Below, piece after piece: positions 34,831 to 46,810 of a stretch of DNA of 64,000 nucleotides. A program made the translations under genes and the position numbers. The DNA comes from Lama glama (lineage: Eukaryota): the NCBI GenBank assembly GCA_028534125.1, contig CM052816.1, positions 10,480,001 through 10,544,000 of the forward strand, given 5' to 3'. Position 1 is the first letter of the stretch; each line of letters starts with the position of its first letter. The notes beneath the pieces are model-generated. The model was not told the DNA's origin, ran no database searches, and saw nothing but the letters and a program-made list of their open reading frames with translations.

Positions 34831-37409
34831 CAATGGACTATATCAAGCCCTCTGAAATGGTCACAACAGGTTACTGGGCCAGAAGATCCTGCTGGGAAGG
34901 TAGAAAGTAAAGGAGTAGAAATTGCTAAAATTTAGGCTGTCAAGTGAAAAGGAGGTAAAGAAACATTTTCAGGTTTCCTTTACTAAGAGTCAAGCTAGGA
35001 TTCAGATCTAAAACTGTCTGAGTCTAAAATGCATGGCCATTTTACTGCACAGCACTGGCTGTAACTGGCCAGGTTTCTTTCACTTAAGACATTCTCCAAT
35101 GGCATAATGGTTAGTATTATGTAATTAAAAAAAAAGTCATCAAGTCTCAACTGACTATTCCTGGTGTTTGAGAATCACATTCTTTCTTATAAATATTACT
35201 TTTCTTTCTCTGAAATGATTCCAAGTGACTTGGCCAGACCGTGGGTCAGCAGGATGCTGACTCCCTAATGAAATAAAGTTATACCTGCAGTAAATTTCCT
35301 CTCTTCTGGACCACAAAGACATGCAAAGAGAAGATGGGTTTTAAAAAAATGCAGTTGGTTGGAAATAAGAAATGAATTCTGGGAAACCCATCTAATTGCC
35401 TCATTGGAAACAATCCCAGATTTTTGAAAGTTACTCTTTAAAATAAGAGGAAGATGCTCTAAGAAATTAAGTGGCTGCATATGAACCATGTGATTTCACT
35501 GCTCATCTCAGGAATGATAGGCTGTGTTTTATAAGAGGTAAATTCTCTCCCTCCATCTAGTAAGTTCTCCACTCACCATCACAGTCAGGCAAGCCATGTA
35601 TCAAAGTCTGCAAGTGAATCCACTTATTCTCTGGGCAAGGAATATCTCCATGTGTTTTACTGTTCACATTATGAGCTGTAGACGGTTCTGTCGTGCCAAA
35701 TACAACTACTTCTTATATCATTTTATGAAATGAATTTCATTTCTCTTTGCTCCATGTCTCCAACCTTATTTCTCCTATCTAATCAGTTATGAAACTGAAT
35801 CTTAAAGAAAAGTGACTTGTCCAAGATCCCATAGCTAACAGGTGTTAGAGCTGAGACTCAGTCCCATGTGGTGTGACTTTAGAACTCAAACTCTGAACAA
35901 TTCCTTTATACTCCCTACTTTTAAGGAGCACTGGATTATGATGCCATGTCCTCACAATTGAAAAATACGCTGACTCTTTTTAAATGAGAAAAAAAATCTT
36001 ACAGTCAGCTGGTTTAGTTAATTTGTTTTTCATTATAATGTTACTGTAAGTGAAAACATAAATTGGGGTATATGTTTCTAAGGCTTAGAGCTCATATTAA
36101 ACTATAAAACCAAAATATATTTGGAAGTTAAACATAAAAAAGGAATGAAGCTAACACTACTCAAGTTAACACACTTTTATGGGGGATGTGAATCTTGCTT
36201 TACTGAAATTAAGCTGCCAATCCCAGCAGGGAGATGGTAGTGATTCCATGGAGGGAATTTTTTTTGATGTGGCTTGCCTCCAGTGCTGTGGGCCGAGATG
36301 GTTCAATTCTGCCACCACTTTTCTCCACGAAAAATACCAAGACACCTTTGTTTGTGATGAGCATTTGGCTGGCATGTTGCTTGAGCTTGACGTTGACATA
36401 CTGGCTCTTCCTCAGTTCTTTCCTGATTAGCCTGTGACAGTCACAGTAGTGCCACCAAGTACCAATGTGAACATAAGCACAGGGGTGAATGCAGGCACGG
36501 AAATCACGCAGCAGTGCTTGCTTAGGAAGTGGCCAACTGGACATTCAAGAAGTGCTGGTAGTCCATGTTTTAGAATATCAAAATAAACGCAAAGTTAAAA
36601 AAAATTGAGTTGAATGTGAAAACCTAAAATTATGTCCCTGAACACCCCCAAGGGTCCGCAGATCCCAGTTTGAGTAATCATGTTTGCATTTCATCTGTTT
36701 GAGTTCAAATGATGACAGTGCCAACTCATTAGCTGTGTAAACCAGGTACACATTACATGATAGTCGAGCTCAGTTTCTCTATCTAGATCATGGGAATGGA
36801 AAGTGTGGTGCTGTTCTGCAGGTCTCATGAGTGTTAATGAGTACAATGCACATAGATTTCTCAACTCATAAGATAAAGGATAAGATCAAAGCTCTGTACA
36901 CATTTCCTAATGTTGCTAATATGATTAGGTGATCCTGGTATATTGAGGAAGGCAGGTATGTATACAAGTAACATGACCCAGAGAAAAATTGCTTTGTGTC
37001 TTCATAAGATACAAAGAGTACAAAAAGCACAGAGATAAGAGAGTGCAAAAAAAAAATACTCTCTTAGCATAGATAAGGCAGTGACCCTGGCAAATTCGCA
37101 CAGTTGGTAGGTGACTAGGCTGGGATTCCAACCTGGATAGTCTGGCTCCGTGGGCTGTGCTTTTGAGTTCTTGAGAGAATTAAAATGAACAAGTTAAAGA
37201 GAGAGGGAACACTGGCCATCAGCAGAGCCAGTCCATCTGACTCTAAAATCCCCACACTTAACGCTGTGATCTCCTGCCTCCTGTAGCAAATGCCACAAAA
37301 GGCCGAACTTTAAAAAGGTCCATTCAGCCTTGGGGGCACTTCCCCACTCTCCCCGGCAAATACATCTGTTGCTCTGGGGTTCCCCCCACTTTGTACAGCA
37401 TACATTTTA

Positions 37410-37835
37410 AGTTTTTTTTTTCTTTTGAATGAAAGATTCTTTAAAATCTATAGTGCTTTACAATTTTCAAGTTTTGCACACACGATTTCATATTAATCCC
37501 ATAAGAACCCTCTTTCCCCCACCCCTAGAGAGCCCCTTTCCTCTTCCCTCTCCTGACAGGTAACCACTAGTTTGTTCTTTACATCTGTGAGTTTGTTTCT
37601 TTTTGTTATATTCTCTGGTTTGTTGTATTTTTTTTTTAGATTCCACATGCAAGTGCTGTCATATGTAGTATTTATCTTTCTCTGACTTATTTCACTTAGC
37701 ATAATGCCTTCCAAGTTCATCCATGGTGCTGCAAATGGCAAAATTTCGTTCGTTTCTATGGCTGAGTAGAATTCTATTTTACATATATACCACATCTTCT
37801 TCATCTATTCATCTGTTGATGGACACTTAGGCTTT
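37410..37835 (-). mobile_element. L1 3' end
   Basis: ORF 37493-37804(-) KKMWYI...FYSAIETNEILPFAAPWMNLEGIMLSEISQ is the L1 ORF2p terminus. Confidence 0.92.
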
Positions 37836-37930
37836 TTTTCCCCCCTCTCATTTCTTAAATTTAATCTAATAGTTTCAAGTTCGCTTTACATTTATCGGCA
37901 TGAGAGCCGAGCAGACATTTTTACTACAAT

Positions 37931-37944
37931 CCACCAGAGGGCAG
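37931..37944 (+). promoter_or_regulatory. Candidate CTCF binding site
   Basis: CCACCAGAGGGCAG(TA) fits the CTCF core CCASYAGRKGGCRS at every position and lies outside recognisable repeats. Confidence 0.6.
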
Positions 37945-39769
37945 TATGAGGCAGAGTTTGCTTCTGAAGACAAGTTTGTCTTTTGAGAACCCTAGCCACC
38001 TTACCTGGGGGCCTGGGATTCTGTTCTCCACCTTCATTTCTGTTTGGTTTTTGTATTGTTGGCTGTTTTTTTTTTTCCATTGTAAAATGCTTGGAGATGC
38101 CCTAGGTGTTCAGAACACTCCTTTTTTCAACTAGGTAGCATGGGGCTGTGGAAACAGTGCTGCATAGAATACCCCAGTGTTCTTTACTTGTGGTCCTGCT
38201 TTTGTGGTTCTCTGATCTTTGGAAATCACTTGGCTTCCTGGATCAGGTTCATTTACATAATGAGATGATGAAGTTGGATGAATTTTAAGGATCACTCCAA
38301 CTCTCACATTCTACAATTTCTAATGAAGGTGCTACGAATCTTAACTTGTGCAAACAAGGGTATGTAAGAAATGTCACATTTGTTGTTGTCATTGTTATTA
38401 ATAAGTAGAATGTAATATGTTGAGTCTCTACCTTACTAGACTGATGAAAAATTCAATCTGTCATTACTAGGGCTCCCGTCAACTCTCACCAACCCCAACT
38501 GTCTAACAGTCCATGAGTGTTACAGCGCGTCCAAGGTCGGGGGGACCCTGCTCTTGGGGCTTCTGTTTACACTGGTCTCCTGGGGGCCAGCAACTGCTGC
38601 TTGTGTTTCTTGCTTACAGGACCCTGGTCTAGGCTGGTAGCCTAGTGCCCCACTTCTCTGGGTAGTCTCAGAGTCAGGAAGGCTCTGACCCCCAGTGGAA
38701 AAGATGTGTTAGACGTCGAAGCCTTTCTTTGGCTGCCCACAAAGGTACTTCCTTGCTCCTTTCTCCTGATCATCATTGCTTTTGTGAGCTCACATTTTCA
38801 ATCCCAGGAGAGAGAAAGAGGAAGAGAGAGTGAGGAGGGATGGAGAAAAGGGGAGCTGTCCTGTGACCATCTCTGCTGGATCCCTGCAAAAATCCTAGGA
38901 AACAGAAGTGCAAAGGGCTCGGCTATCTTTATGGAGAGGAAGAGAGAAACCCTAGAACAAAACATGTGAATGTTTCACTAAATATTATTCTTCTACCCAT
39001 AGGACCAGAGCCTTGAGGGTAAGAGGGGTAGTGTCTTGGGCTAGATTGTATTCTCAACAGTGCCAGAACTAAGCTTCTCAATACATATTGGGAGGTTAAT
39101 TTTCTTCAGTCGGAAAGAGAAAAGGAAGAATGGGCAGGATTAGATTTTGAACCAAAATGGCAGGTATTTAAGCCAGTAGCAAGGCATGGCTGTGAATCCT
39201 GGATCCACAGCTCCCTGGCTGTGGGACCTTGAAGAATGCAGACTCCTCCTCCAACACAGAGGTGCACAAATTTTGCACCCAATTTAAAGGAATTGGTTGA
39301 TTGCTTGAAACTGGCTTAATACCCCTGCCCTTGGGAGTGTCTGCAGATCCTTTCATGGGGTCCTGTAGCCACACTGGAGAAAGACCCGGGAATTCTATCC
39401 TCCTTGCTTGGGAAACTTCAGTTCTGTCCCTCTGTCTACCTGGTCAGATGTCTTGGCCTATTACCTGGTCCTCAGCTTGCTATAGGGCCCTGTGGATTGA
39501 TACTCTACTGGACACTCTTCTTCCTGAAATCTCTCTTTTCTGTAGTCTTTTTCATCTCATGTGTTGCTCACTTTATAAACTGAGATCTTGTTCCAGGTTC
39601 AAAACCCTAAGCCAGATTCACAGCCCTAGACCCCAGACATGGTCCATTAAGTGTAACAAAGTTCTCTGGTACCCAAGTATCTGGACCACGTGCCTTCCAT
39701 CAGCAGGGCACAGGGTTACCGCTGCCCCATCAACATCAGCATTCTGTCTCTACAGATTTCTCTTACTTG

Positions 39770-40200
39770 CCCTTCTTTTCTGCTGTTTTTCATTGTTTAT
39801 TGTGTCATATGTTAATTTTGATAAAAATTCATGATGTGAAGTCTACCCTCAGCAAATTTTAAACGTATAGAACATTTTCTTGTGTTTTTATTGTGTATGT
39901 CCTGACTTTAGCATTTTAAAACAGGTTGATTCGGTTGCCTCTTCTGTGAGTGGCCTCTTGAAAAACTTTTGCCCACATTTCTGTTTTTTTTCCTCTTTTT
40001 ATTAATTTGTAAGGGCTCGTTATATATCCTAGATATTAGCCCTATGTCAAATATACATGTGACAAACGTGTATTTCTAGTCTGCAGCTAAACTTTTCGTT
40101 TTGTTTATAGGACCTGTTGATAAAGTTTAATGCGATGAATCTGTCATTTTTTTTTCTTTTTGTGTTGTGCTTTTTGTATCTCGTTCAAGAAATCCTAAGC
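39770..40200 (-). mobile_element. Old L1 fragments
   Basis: T-rich reversed L1 (tttgcccacattt...ttaatttgtaagggctcgttatatatcctagatattagccctatgtc). Confidence 0.65.
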
Positions 40201-40559
40201 TGAAAAACAGGGTGGGGTCAAATTTTAAAGAGCTCTTGCTTACCTACCCCCCCCCCAATGTCTAAGATCGCTTTTAAAATTTCAAAAATTGGCAATGTCC
40301 AACTTAAGGGTATCAGTTGGTTAAATGCCATTGATTTGACTAGTTGCTCATATGAAAGACAATAATGAGAGATTCCTACCTTACGTTATCCACAAATATC
40401 AATGCTAGGGACATAAAAACACCGTATGTTGAAAGAAAAACATTTGGAAAAATATATAGGAAAAAGAACTTCTTAAAAAGTGTTTCTTTCAAAATGCAGC
40501 CCCCAAGATTGCACCTGCAGTAAGCAAGATGTATTGCGGCAGAGACAGGTGACGGGAGT

Positions 40560-40885
40560 TGGCAGACACGTGGCTGTCTGTGCATCAGGGCCAGATGACA
40601 AAAGGTTTTGACACTAGACCATGAAGTTGGATTTTACCCGGAAGATAACAGACAGCTGTTGAGAGGTTTTTACAGAGGAGAGTCAGGTGTTCATCAGATT
40701 TGCCATTTAGAAAGACAGGTCTGGCAGGAAAAAGGTTTAGAAACTGGAAGAGGGAGAAAGAGGATGAAGGGAAAATGGTGAGAAGGCTGTAATCTAGGTG
40801 AGAACGATGGGGCCTTAAAATGGGGCAACAGCTGCTGTGTAGGTAAAATAAAGGGTGGATTTAAGAGTATTTAAGTAGATATATT
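40560..40885 (-). mobile_element. L2 fragment
   Basis: ggccagatgaca...ttggattttacc...catcagatttgccatttagaaaga...aatctaggtgagaacgatggggcc. Confidence 0.7.
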
Positions 40886-42130
40886 TGTTGGGAGTTCATT
40901 CCTATAAACTAGCTTTTTCCTGACCATGAGGAATTGGCCACCTGGAAATACAGAATTGCTGGGGGTGGGGGCGGGCCACATATGGAGAAACCCAAGACCA
41001 GATATGAGGGCCAGTCCTGGGGTGAAGAAAACCCTTTCATTTCCTACCCTTTTAAGGAGTTGGAAGAAATGCCTTTCTTTTGTGGGTGCACACTTCTTTG
41101 ACAACAGCTTTCTAATACTAAAAAGCAAGTTATTCGCTTTTGATAATATTTCTTATTCCAAGGAAAAGAAATGGAGGCTTCTACGGGGGCATTTCCCAGT
41201 GAAGGGAAAGATACTTCAAATTCAACAAAGCAAGATGAAACTTAGAACAAACCAAGTTGAAGGAATTATGCTTAATAAATGTTAAACTGTGAAACGCACT
41301 TTAGCTGTTCACCTGCAGTTCGTGACTTTCCTGAGTGGAAACAGAACCGAGTGCTCATTATCTGTGCTAGGAAATATCTCCCTATCCTTGCACTGCCCAC
41401 AAAAGGCATGGAAGGTTAGTGCTTCAGGAAAGGTAACAGTGACAGGGTCAGGAGCACTGGAGGAGGATGCGTTTTCATGCACGTTAGTTGGATGAAATAG
41501 CATCGGTGACTTCTGTAGCATGGATGAATTGCAAACTGTATGTGCTAATTTGAATGACGATGTCCTAGAAATACTTACCCATGGGAAGGGTACAGGGCTG
41601 TCAAACTTTTCACAGAAACTATCAGGAACTTTAGGGGAATAACACAAATAATACTTATGAAGTTCTCAGCACTTTTGATGGTGTCTATATTGCTCACTGA
41701 CCAAACTCCTCTATGGCTACTGTGGTTTCTAGCTTCATGTCCACATACCATGTCATCAGTATATACCTCATTGAACTAAATTTAGCTAAATTCTCTAGTC
41801 AGGGGAATGCATGTACTGCTTGCTTTAAGCTAAAGTTAACTGAAGGAATCACTGTGCCCGTGGCAACAGAGATTACTTTGATTTTGGCCGTCAGAATCCA
41901 CTCTGGAACCTGGAGATAAAGTCAGCTTAGCTTCCAAATACAGGACTACCTGGGGAAGGGTTGTAATGGAATCATCATCTGAGTTCCGCTGTGAGCAGAG
42001 AATAGGGAGTATGTTATTACTCATCGCATTATAAACACAACTGGGAGAGGTTTGGCGTTTTCTAAAAGTTGCGATAAGGATAACTTAGCTGAAATATAAG
42101 TGCAAATTTGAATCCCCTTTGCTTTATCCT

Positions 42131-42418
42131 TTTCTTTTTTTTAACATTTTTTATTGATTTATAATCATTTTACAATGTTGTGTCAAATTCCAGTGTTCAG
42201 CACAATTTTGCAGTCATTCATGGACATATACACACTCATTGTCACATTTTTTTCTTTGTGAGTTATCATAACGTTTTGTGTATATTTCCCTGTGCTATAC
42301 AGTGTAATCTTGTTTATCTATTCTACAATTTTGAAATCCCAGTCTATCCCTTCCCACCCTCTACCCCCCTGGCAACCACAAGTCTGTATTCTCTGTCTAT
42401 GAGTGTATTTCTGTCTCG
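42131..42418 (-). mobile_element. Young-looking L1 3' end running into an assembly gap
   Basis: T-tail, ttaacattttttattgatttataatcattttacaatgttgtgtcaaattccagtg...ttccctgtgctatacagtg...ggcaaccacaagtctgtattc. Confidence 0.9.
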
Positions 42419-42918
42419 NNNNNNNNNNNNNNNNNNNNNNNNNNNNNNNNNNNNNNNNNNNNNNNNNNNNNNNNNNNNNNNNNNNNNNNNNNNNNNNNNN
42501 NNNNNNNNNNNNNNNNNNNNNNNNNNNNNNNNNNNNNNNNNNNNNNNNNNNNNNNNNNNNNNNNNNNNNNNNNNNNNNNNNNNNNNNNNNNNNNNNNNNN
42601 NNNNNNNNNNNNNNNNNNNNNNNNNNNNNNNNNNNNNNNNNNNNNNNNNNNNNNNNNNNNNNNNNNNNNNNNNNNNNNNNNNNNNNNNNNNNNNNNNNNN
42701 NNNNNNNNNNNNNNNNNNNNNNNNNNNNNNNNNNNNNNNNNNNNNNNNNNNNNNNNNNNNNNNNNNNNNNNNNNNNNNNNNNNNNNNNNNNNNNNNNNNN
42801 NNNNNNNNNNNNNNNNNNNNNNNNNNNNNNNNNNNNNNNNNNNNNNNNNNNNNNNNNNNNNNNNNNNNNNNNNNNNNNNNNNNNNNNNNNNNNNNNNNNN
42901 NNNNNNNNNNNNNNNNNN
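42419..42918. other. Assembly gap (500 N)
   Basis: Run of exactly 500 N. Confidence 0.99.
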
Positions 42919-44305
42919 TTTCTGATTATCTTGTGTTTTTATTATCTGCTCCCCTGAACTTAACATGGGTCATTGAGAGTCAACTAGCAGCCTTAACTAA
43001 GGCCAAGACAATTGCTCACTGAAGAATAATGATTCTCCCTGTTCCAAGTTCAGAATCTTTTAGCGCCCCAAAGAACACATCCTCTCCACAAACTCACCTT
43101 GTGTTTTTATTATAAAATCTGAATTGGCGATGATGCTGGAGATGGCCAGGCACAGAGAGAGTAACAAAAATAGCCTGGGCCCTGAGATGAGACCCCTATC
43201 CTCAGTGCGGTGAAACTCGCCCTATGCCTTCCGTGAAGTTACCTCTCTTCCTGTGCCTGTCAGGTGTGGCACCTGACCCCTTCTTGGGAGAGAGAGGACA
43301 GCTATGAATGGAACCAGCTTTTCAAGGCCATATGTGGCCTTTTGGAGTGTTAACACTACAGAGGTGGAGCTAGCAGTTGTTGCTGTGCTCCACATGTTCA
43401 GTGACAGTTCAGATGGTTAAAAAGCAGAAAGCATGCTTCCGAAGGTGATAAGATGCCCTACTTTGGGGTAAAAGAGGGCTTAATCAATGACAGTCGCTTC
43501 CTTTTGACAATTACGGTTCATTTATTACTAGAATTATGTTTGGAGGTCTGACCCGGGTTATTGCATTGGGGCAGGATTTATCTTATATTTCCCGGAAGAC
43601 TAAGAAGTCTTGTAAAACGAGTGAAGCTCTCTGTTGAGCAAAGACCATGGGGCTCACAGATTCTTGCTGGGAAGTCGGAGCTGCCCAGCCCAAGCTGCCC
43701 TTAATTGCTCCAGCTACAAGAAGTGAAAGCTCCAGTTTCTAGGGAAATGAATGTTTAATGATAAGTAAAGTGCTCGAAAGAATTCAGGATGCAATAAATA
43801 CTCCTTGGAGGCACGTTTTATGCCCCTGCCCCCACTGCATTTTTTTGCTTCTATTTCAGCACGAAGCCAGATGAACTGTTTGTTTGCTTTTTCCCTCTGA
43901 GGCATCTTTCATCTCTGGACTTTGCAGTCTATTGGTTGAGTGAGAGGTTCTGATTTAGATACTTTCTGTTGGTTATTCTGCTGTGATTTCAGTCTTGACC
44001 AGATCTCATAATTCATGTGCGTCAGTCTGCTTCTGTAGACTACTCACTTACAATGATAACTGTGTCGTGCACTGATGACTTCACACTTGGACCACTCACT
44101 CACTTTACACACCTTAATGACGATTGTATGGTGTCCCAAAAGCCTCCAGAGAAAATGTACGGATTAAGGAAAGCTGAGCTGTGGAAGTTAGGAGGGAAAT
44201 AGAAAGAAAGAGGAAAAATTGCTTTGCAATCTAGAGATCATGTTTTGAATCAACCCCCTGAGGGTTTAAAAACACAGACTTTGATTTTGTTTTTCTGAAC
44301 AGCCT

Positions 44306-44927
44306 ATTTCTTCTTTTTTTAAAAAACTGAAATATATTCAGTTACAATATGTCAATCTCTGGTGTACAGCCTAATGTCCCAGTCATGCATATACATACAT
44401 ATATTCATTTTCATATTCTTTTTCAATATCATATTGTAAAATATTGAATATAGTTCCCTGTGCTATACAGAAGAAATTTGTTTTTTTAAATCTATTTTTA
44501 TATATAATGGTTAACATTTGCAAATCTCAAACTCCCAAATTTATCCCTTTCCACTGCCTTCTCCCCAGTAACCATAAGATTGTTTACTATGTCTGCGAGT
44601 CTGTTTCTGTTTTGTAATGAGTTCATTAGTGTCCTCTTTTTTCTTTTCTTTTTTTTTAGATTCCACATATAAGTGATATCATACAGTATTTTTCTTTCTC
44701 TTTCTGGGTTACTTCACTTAGAATGACGATCTCCTGGTCCATCCATGCTGTTGCAAATGGCATTATTTTATTCCTTTTTTTTAATCACTGAGTTGTATTC
44801 CATTGTATACATATACCACAGCTTCTTTATCCAGTCATCTGTCAATGGACATTTAGGTTGCTTCCATGTCTTGGCTACTGTAAATAGTGCTGCTGTGAAC
44901 ATTGGGGTGCATGTATCTTTTCAAATT
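44306..44927 (-). mobile_element. L1 3' end (about 0.62 kb) with TSD
   Basis: Same family as 14268-15328; tgaacagcct on both sides (about 44296-44305 and 44928-44937). Confidence 0.92.
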
Positions 44928-45710
44928 TGAACAGCCTTCTTCCTAATCATTTACTGGTTAATCTCAAATGTTTATGGAAAGTCTACTTGTGATTGATGGA
45001 ATATTTGGAGGAGGAATGACTTGCACAGGGTCTGACAAATCATCACATCCCAGAACACAAAACCATGGTTTCCAGAGGAACTGGGGCTGAGTGAGCCACT
45101 GCTCCCCTGAAGCTGTAGGGCTGCATCAGTGAATGAAACCATCTTGCCCACCTGTGACAAGGATGCCATCTATAGAGGCATGCCTGGTGCCTGGAGTGTG
45201 GGCCTGGTCTTGAGGACGACAGACATTCAGACCCTAGCTTGGCCAATTTCTAACAGCAATCCTGAAATGTTGCCAAAGCTCTCTGAACTTCTATTAGATA
45301 ACAAGGTTAACTTTCTATAGGCACTGTAAGTGGGTCACAGTCAAGTGTGACTTACAAGGAAAATCATGTGGATGAACTTTTGGGCTTCTGCTTCAGTGAA
45401 TGGAGTATGAAATTAAAGGGGAAGGCCAGGATCTCTGGGGCAAAGCAGAATGGACATTTTCAAAGCTACAGGGAGATGGACAGAAGAGAGAGACTCAGCA
45501 GCAGGGCAGGCACGTAGAGAAAATTTGGAGAAACAATTGAAGTACTTAATGGTAGACTTAGTTTAAATTTTGTTGTATGGAATAGGGCACAGGCACTCTC
45601 CTCTGTTCTCTATGAAACCTTCGTTAAGAAACCTATTAAGTACTAATGCTTTTGAAATTGAACATGTGTGTGTGTTAGTTAGGGAAGCACTGTTCTGAGA
45701 TAGGCCAGGG

Positions 45711-45916
45711 TTTGAATCAACCCCCTGAGGGTTTTAAAACACAGACTTTGATTTTGTTTTTCTGAACAGCCTAATTCTTTCTTTTTTTCAATTGAAGTAT
45801 AGTCAGTTACAATGTATCAATTTCTGGTTGCACAGCATAATGTCCCAGTCATGCATATATATACATATATTCATTTTCATATTCTTTTTCATTAAAGGTT
45901 TCATATTCTTTTTCAT
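45711..45916 (+). repeat. Local direct duplicate of 44244-44425 (unique flank plus L1 tail)
   Basis: tttgaatcaaccccctgagggttt(a/t)aaaacacagactttgattttgtttttctgaacagccta occurs at both sites, followed by the same L1 terminus. Confidence 0.92.
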
Positions 45917-46119
45917 GCCAGGCAGGCATGAGGCGAGAGGAGTCAGCACACAGGAAGTCTGTCCATTTGCTGCGTGTATAATATGTGCTCTGACCCTGAT
46001 ACAGAGCAGCCAGTCGGGAGATGTTAGCCAATACTACTATCATGTTATATGTGTGGTCCATATGTGTGGTCCTGAGTCAAGAACTATTTAGGAACTGTAG
46101 AAATTCTGTGATTCTCTTT

Positions 46120-46810
46120 TTAAGAAATTTTGATAAATGATAAATCAAATATTTATCAAGTTTATCATGTGCCTGGCACTGTGTTAGATACAATAGTGGA
46201 GATAAATCAGTATCTGCTTCTACATCTGTCTATCTCCATAGTCACCCTCTTACACACAAACCTTACTTCCCTTTAATGAATTGACAGCCTAGATGTAGAG
46301 AAGCTTATGCTACAAAGGAGAGGTAATGAAGAGCACATGAGGGATCTGTTAAGATCCATGGTGTCTCAGAAAGAGAGGAGTCTCTAGTGGTTTTTCTTCT
46401 CCATTGAGTTGGGGCAGCCTTCTGAAGGCTCTTCATTGCACATGGTAAAGCTACATTCCTTTCCATAGAACACAAGGTGTACGTGACCTGGGCCTTGGTG
46501 ACCTTTATGACTTCATCTCCAAGCCTATTTCACTTCCTCCACTTCAGACACCCTGCTGTTCAGAAACAGAAACAGAGGAAATCCCACATTGCCTCTGCCT
46601 CAGGACCTTTGCACTTGCTGCTCCTTGCCTGGAGCACCTTGCTCTCCATATCTGAACAACTCACTCTCTCAGTTCTTTCAGGGATCTACTCAAATGTTTG
46701 CTTTTCAGAGACCCCCTTCCTTGACCTGCATCAGCCATTGCTGTGTACAGACATCACACCTACATCAGCAGCCCTGAGCCCCATCTCTCTACACCTTCTC
46801 CTGCAATTTT
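46120..46810. mobile_element. L2 fragments in opposite orientations
   Basis: About 46120-46420 reversed L2 end (aaatatttatcaag...catgtgcctggcactgtgttaga). About 46430-46810 forward L2 (tgcctcaggacctttgcacttgctg...tgcctggagc). Confidence 0.65.

Noticed and set aside
36166..36544. Cluster of ORFs on both strands in non-repetitive sequence (possible processed pseudogene)
   Set aside because: No recognisable protein, poly(A) tail or TSD; it could be conserved non-coding DNA but I cannot support that without alignments.
39301..39834. 177-aa ORF
   Set aside because: Non-ATG start, Leu/Ser/Cys-rich random composition, overlaps repeat remnants.
42180..43022. Long ORFs of 184-280 aa
   Set aside because: Artefacts of the second 500-N gap.
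45711..45916. L1 3' transduction as the explanation for the duplicate
   Set aside because: No second poly(A) tail or TSD around the copy, and the source L1 is only about 0.6 kb with no promoter.
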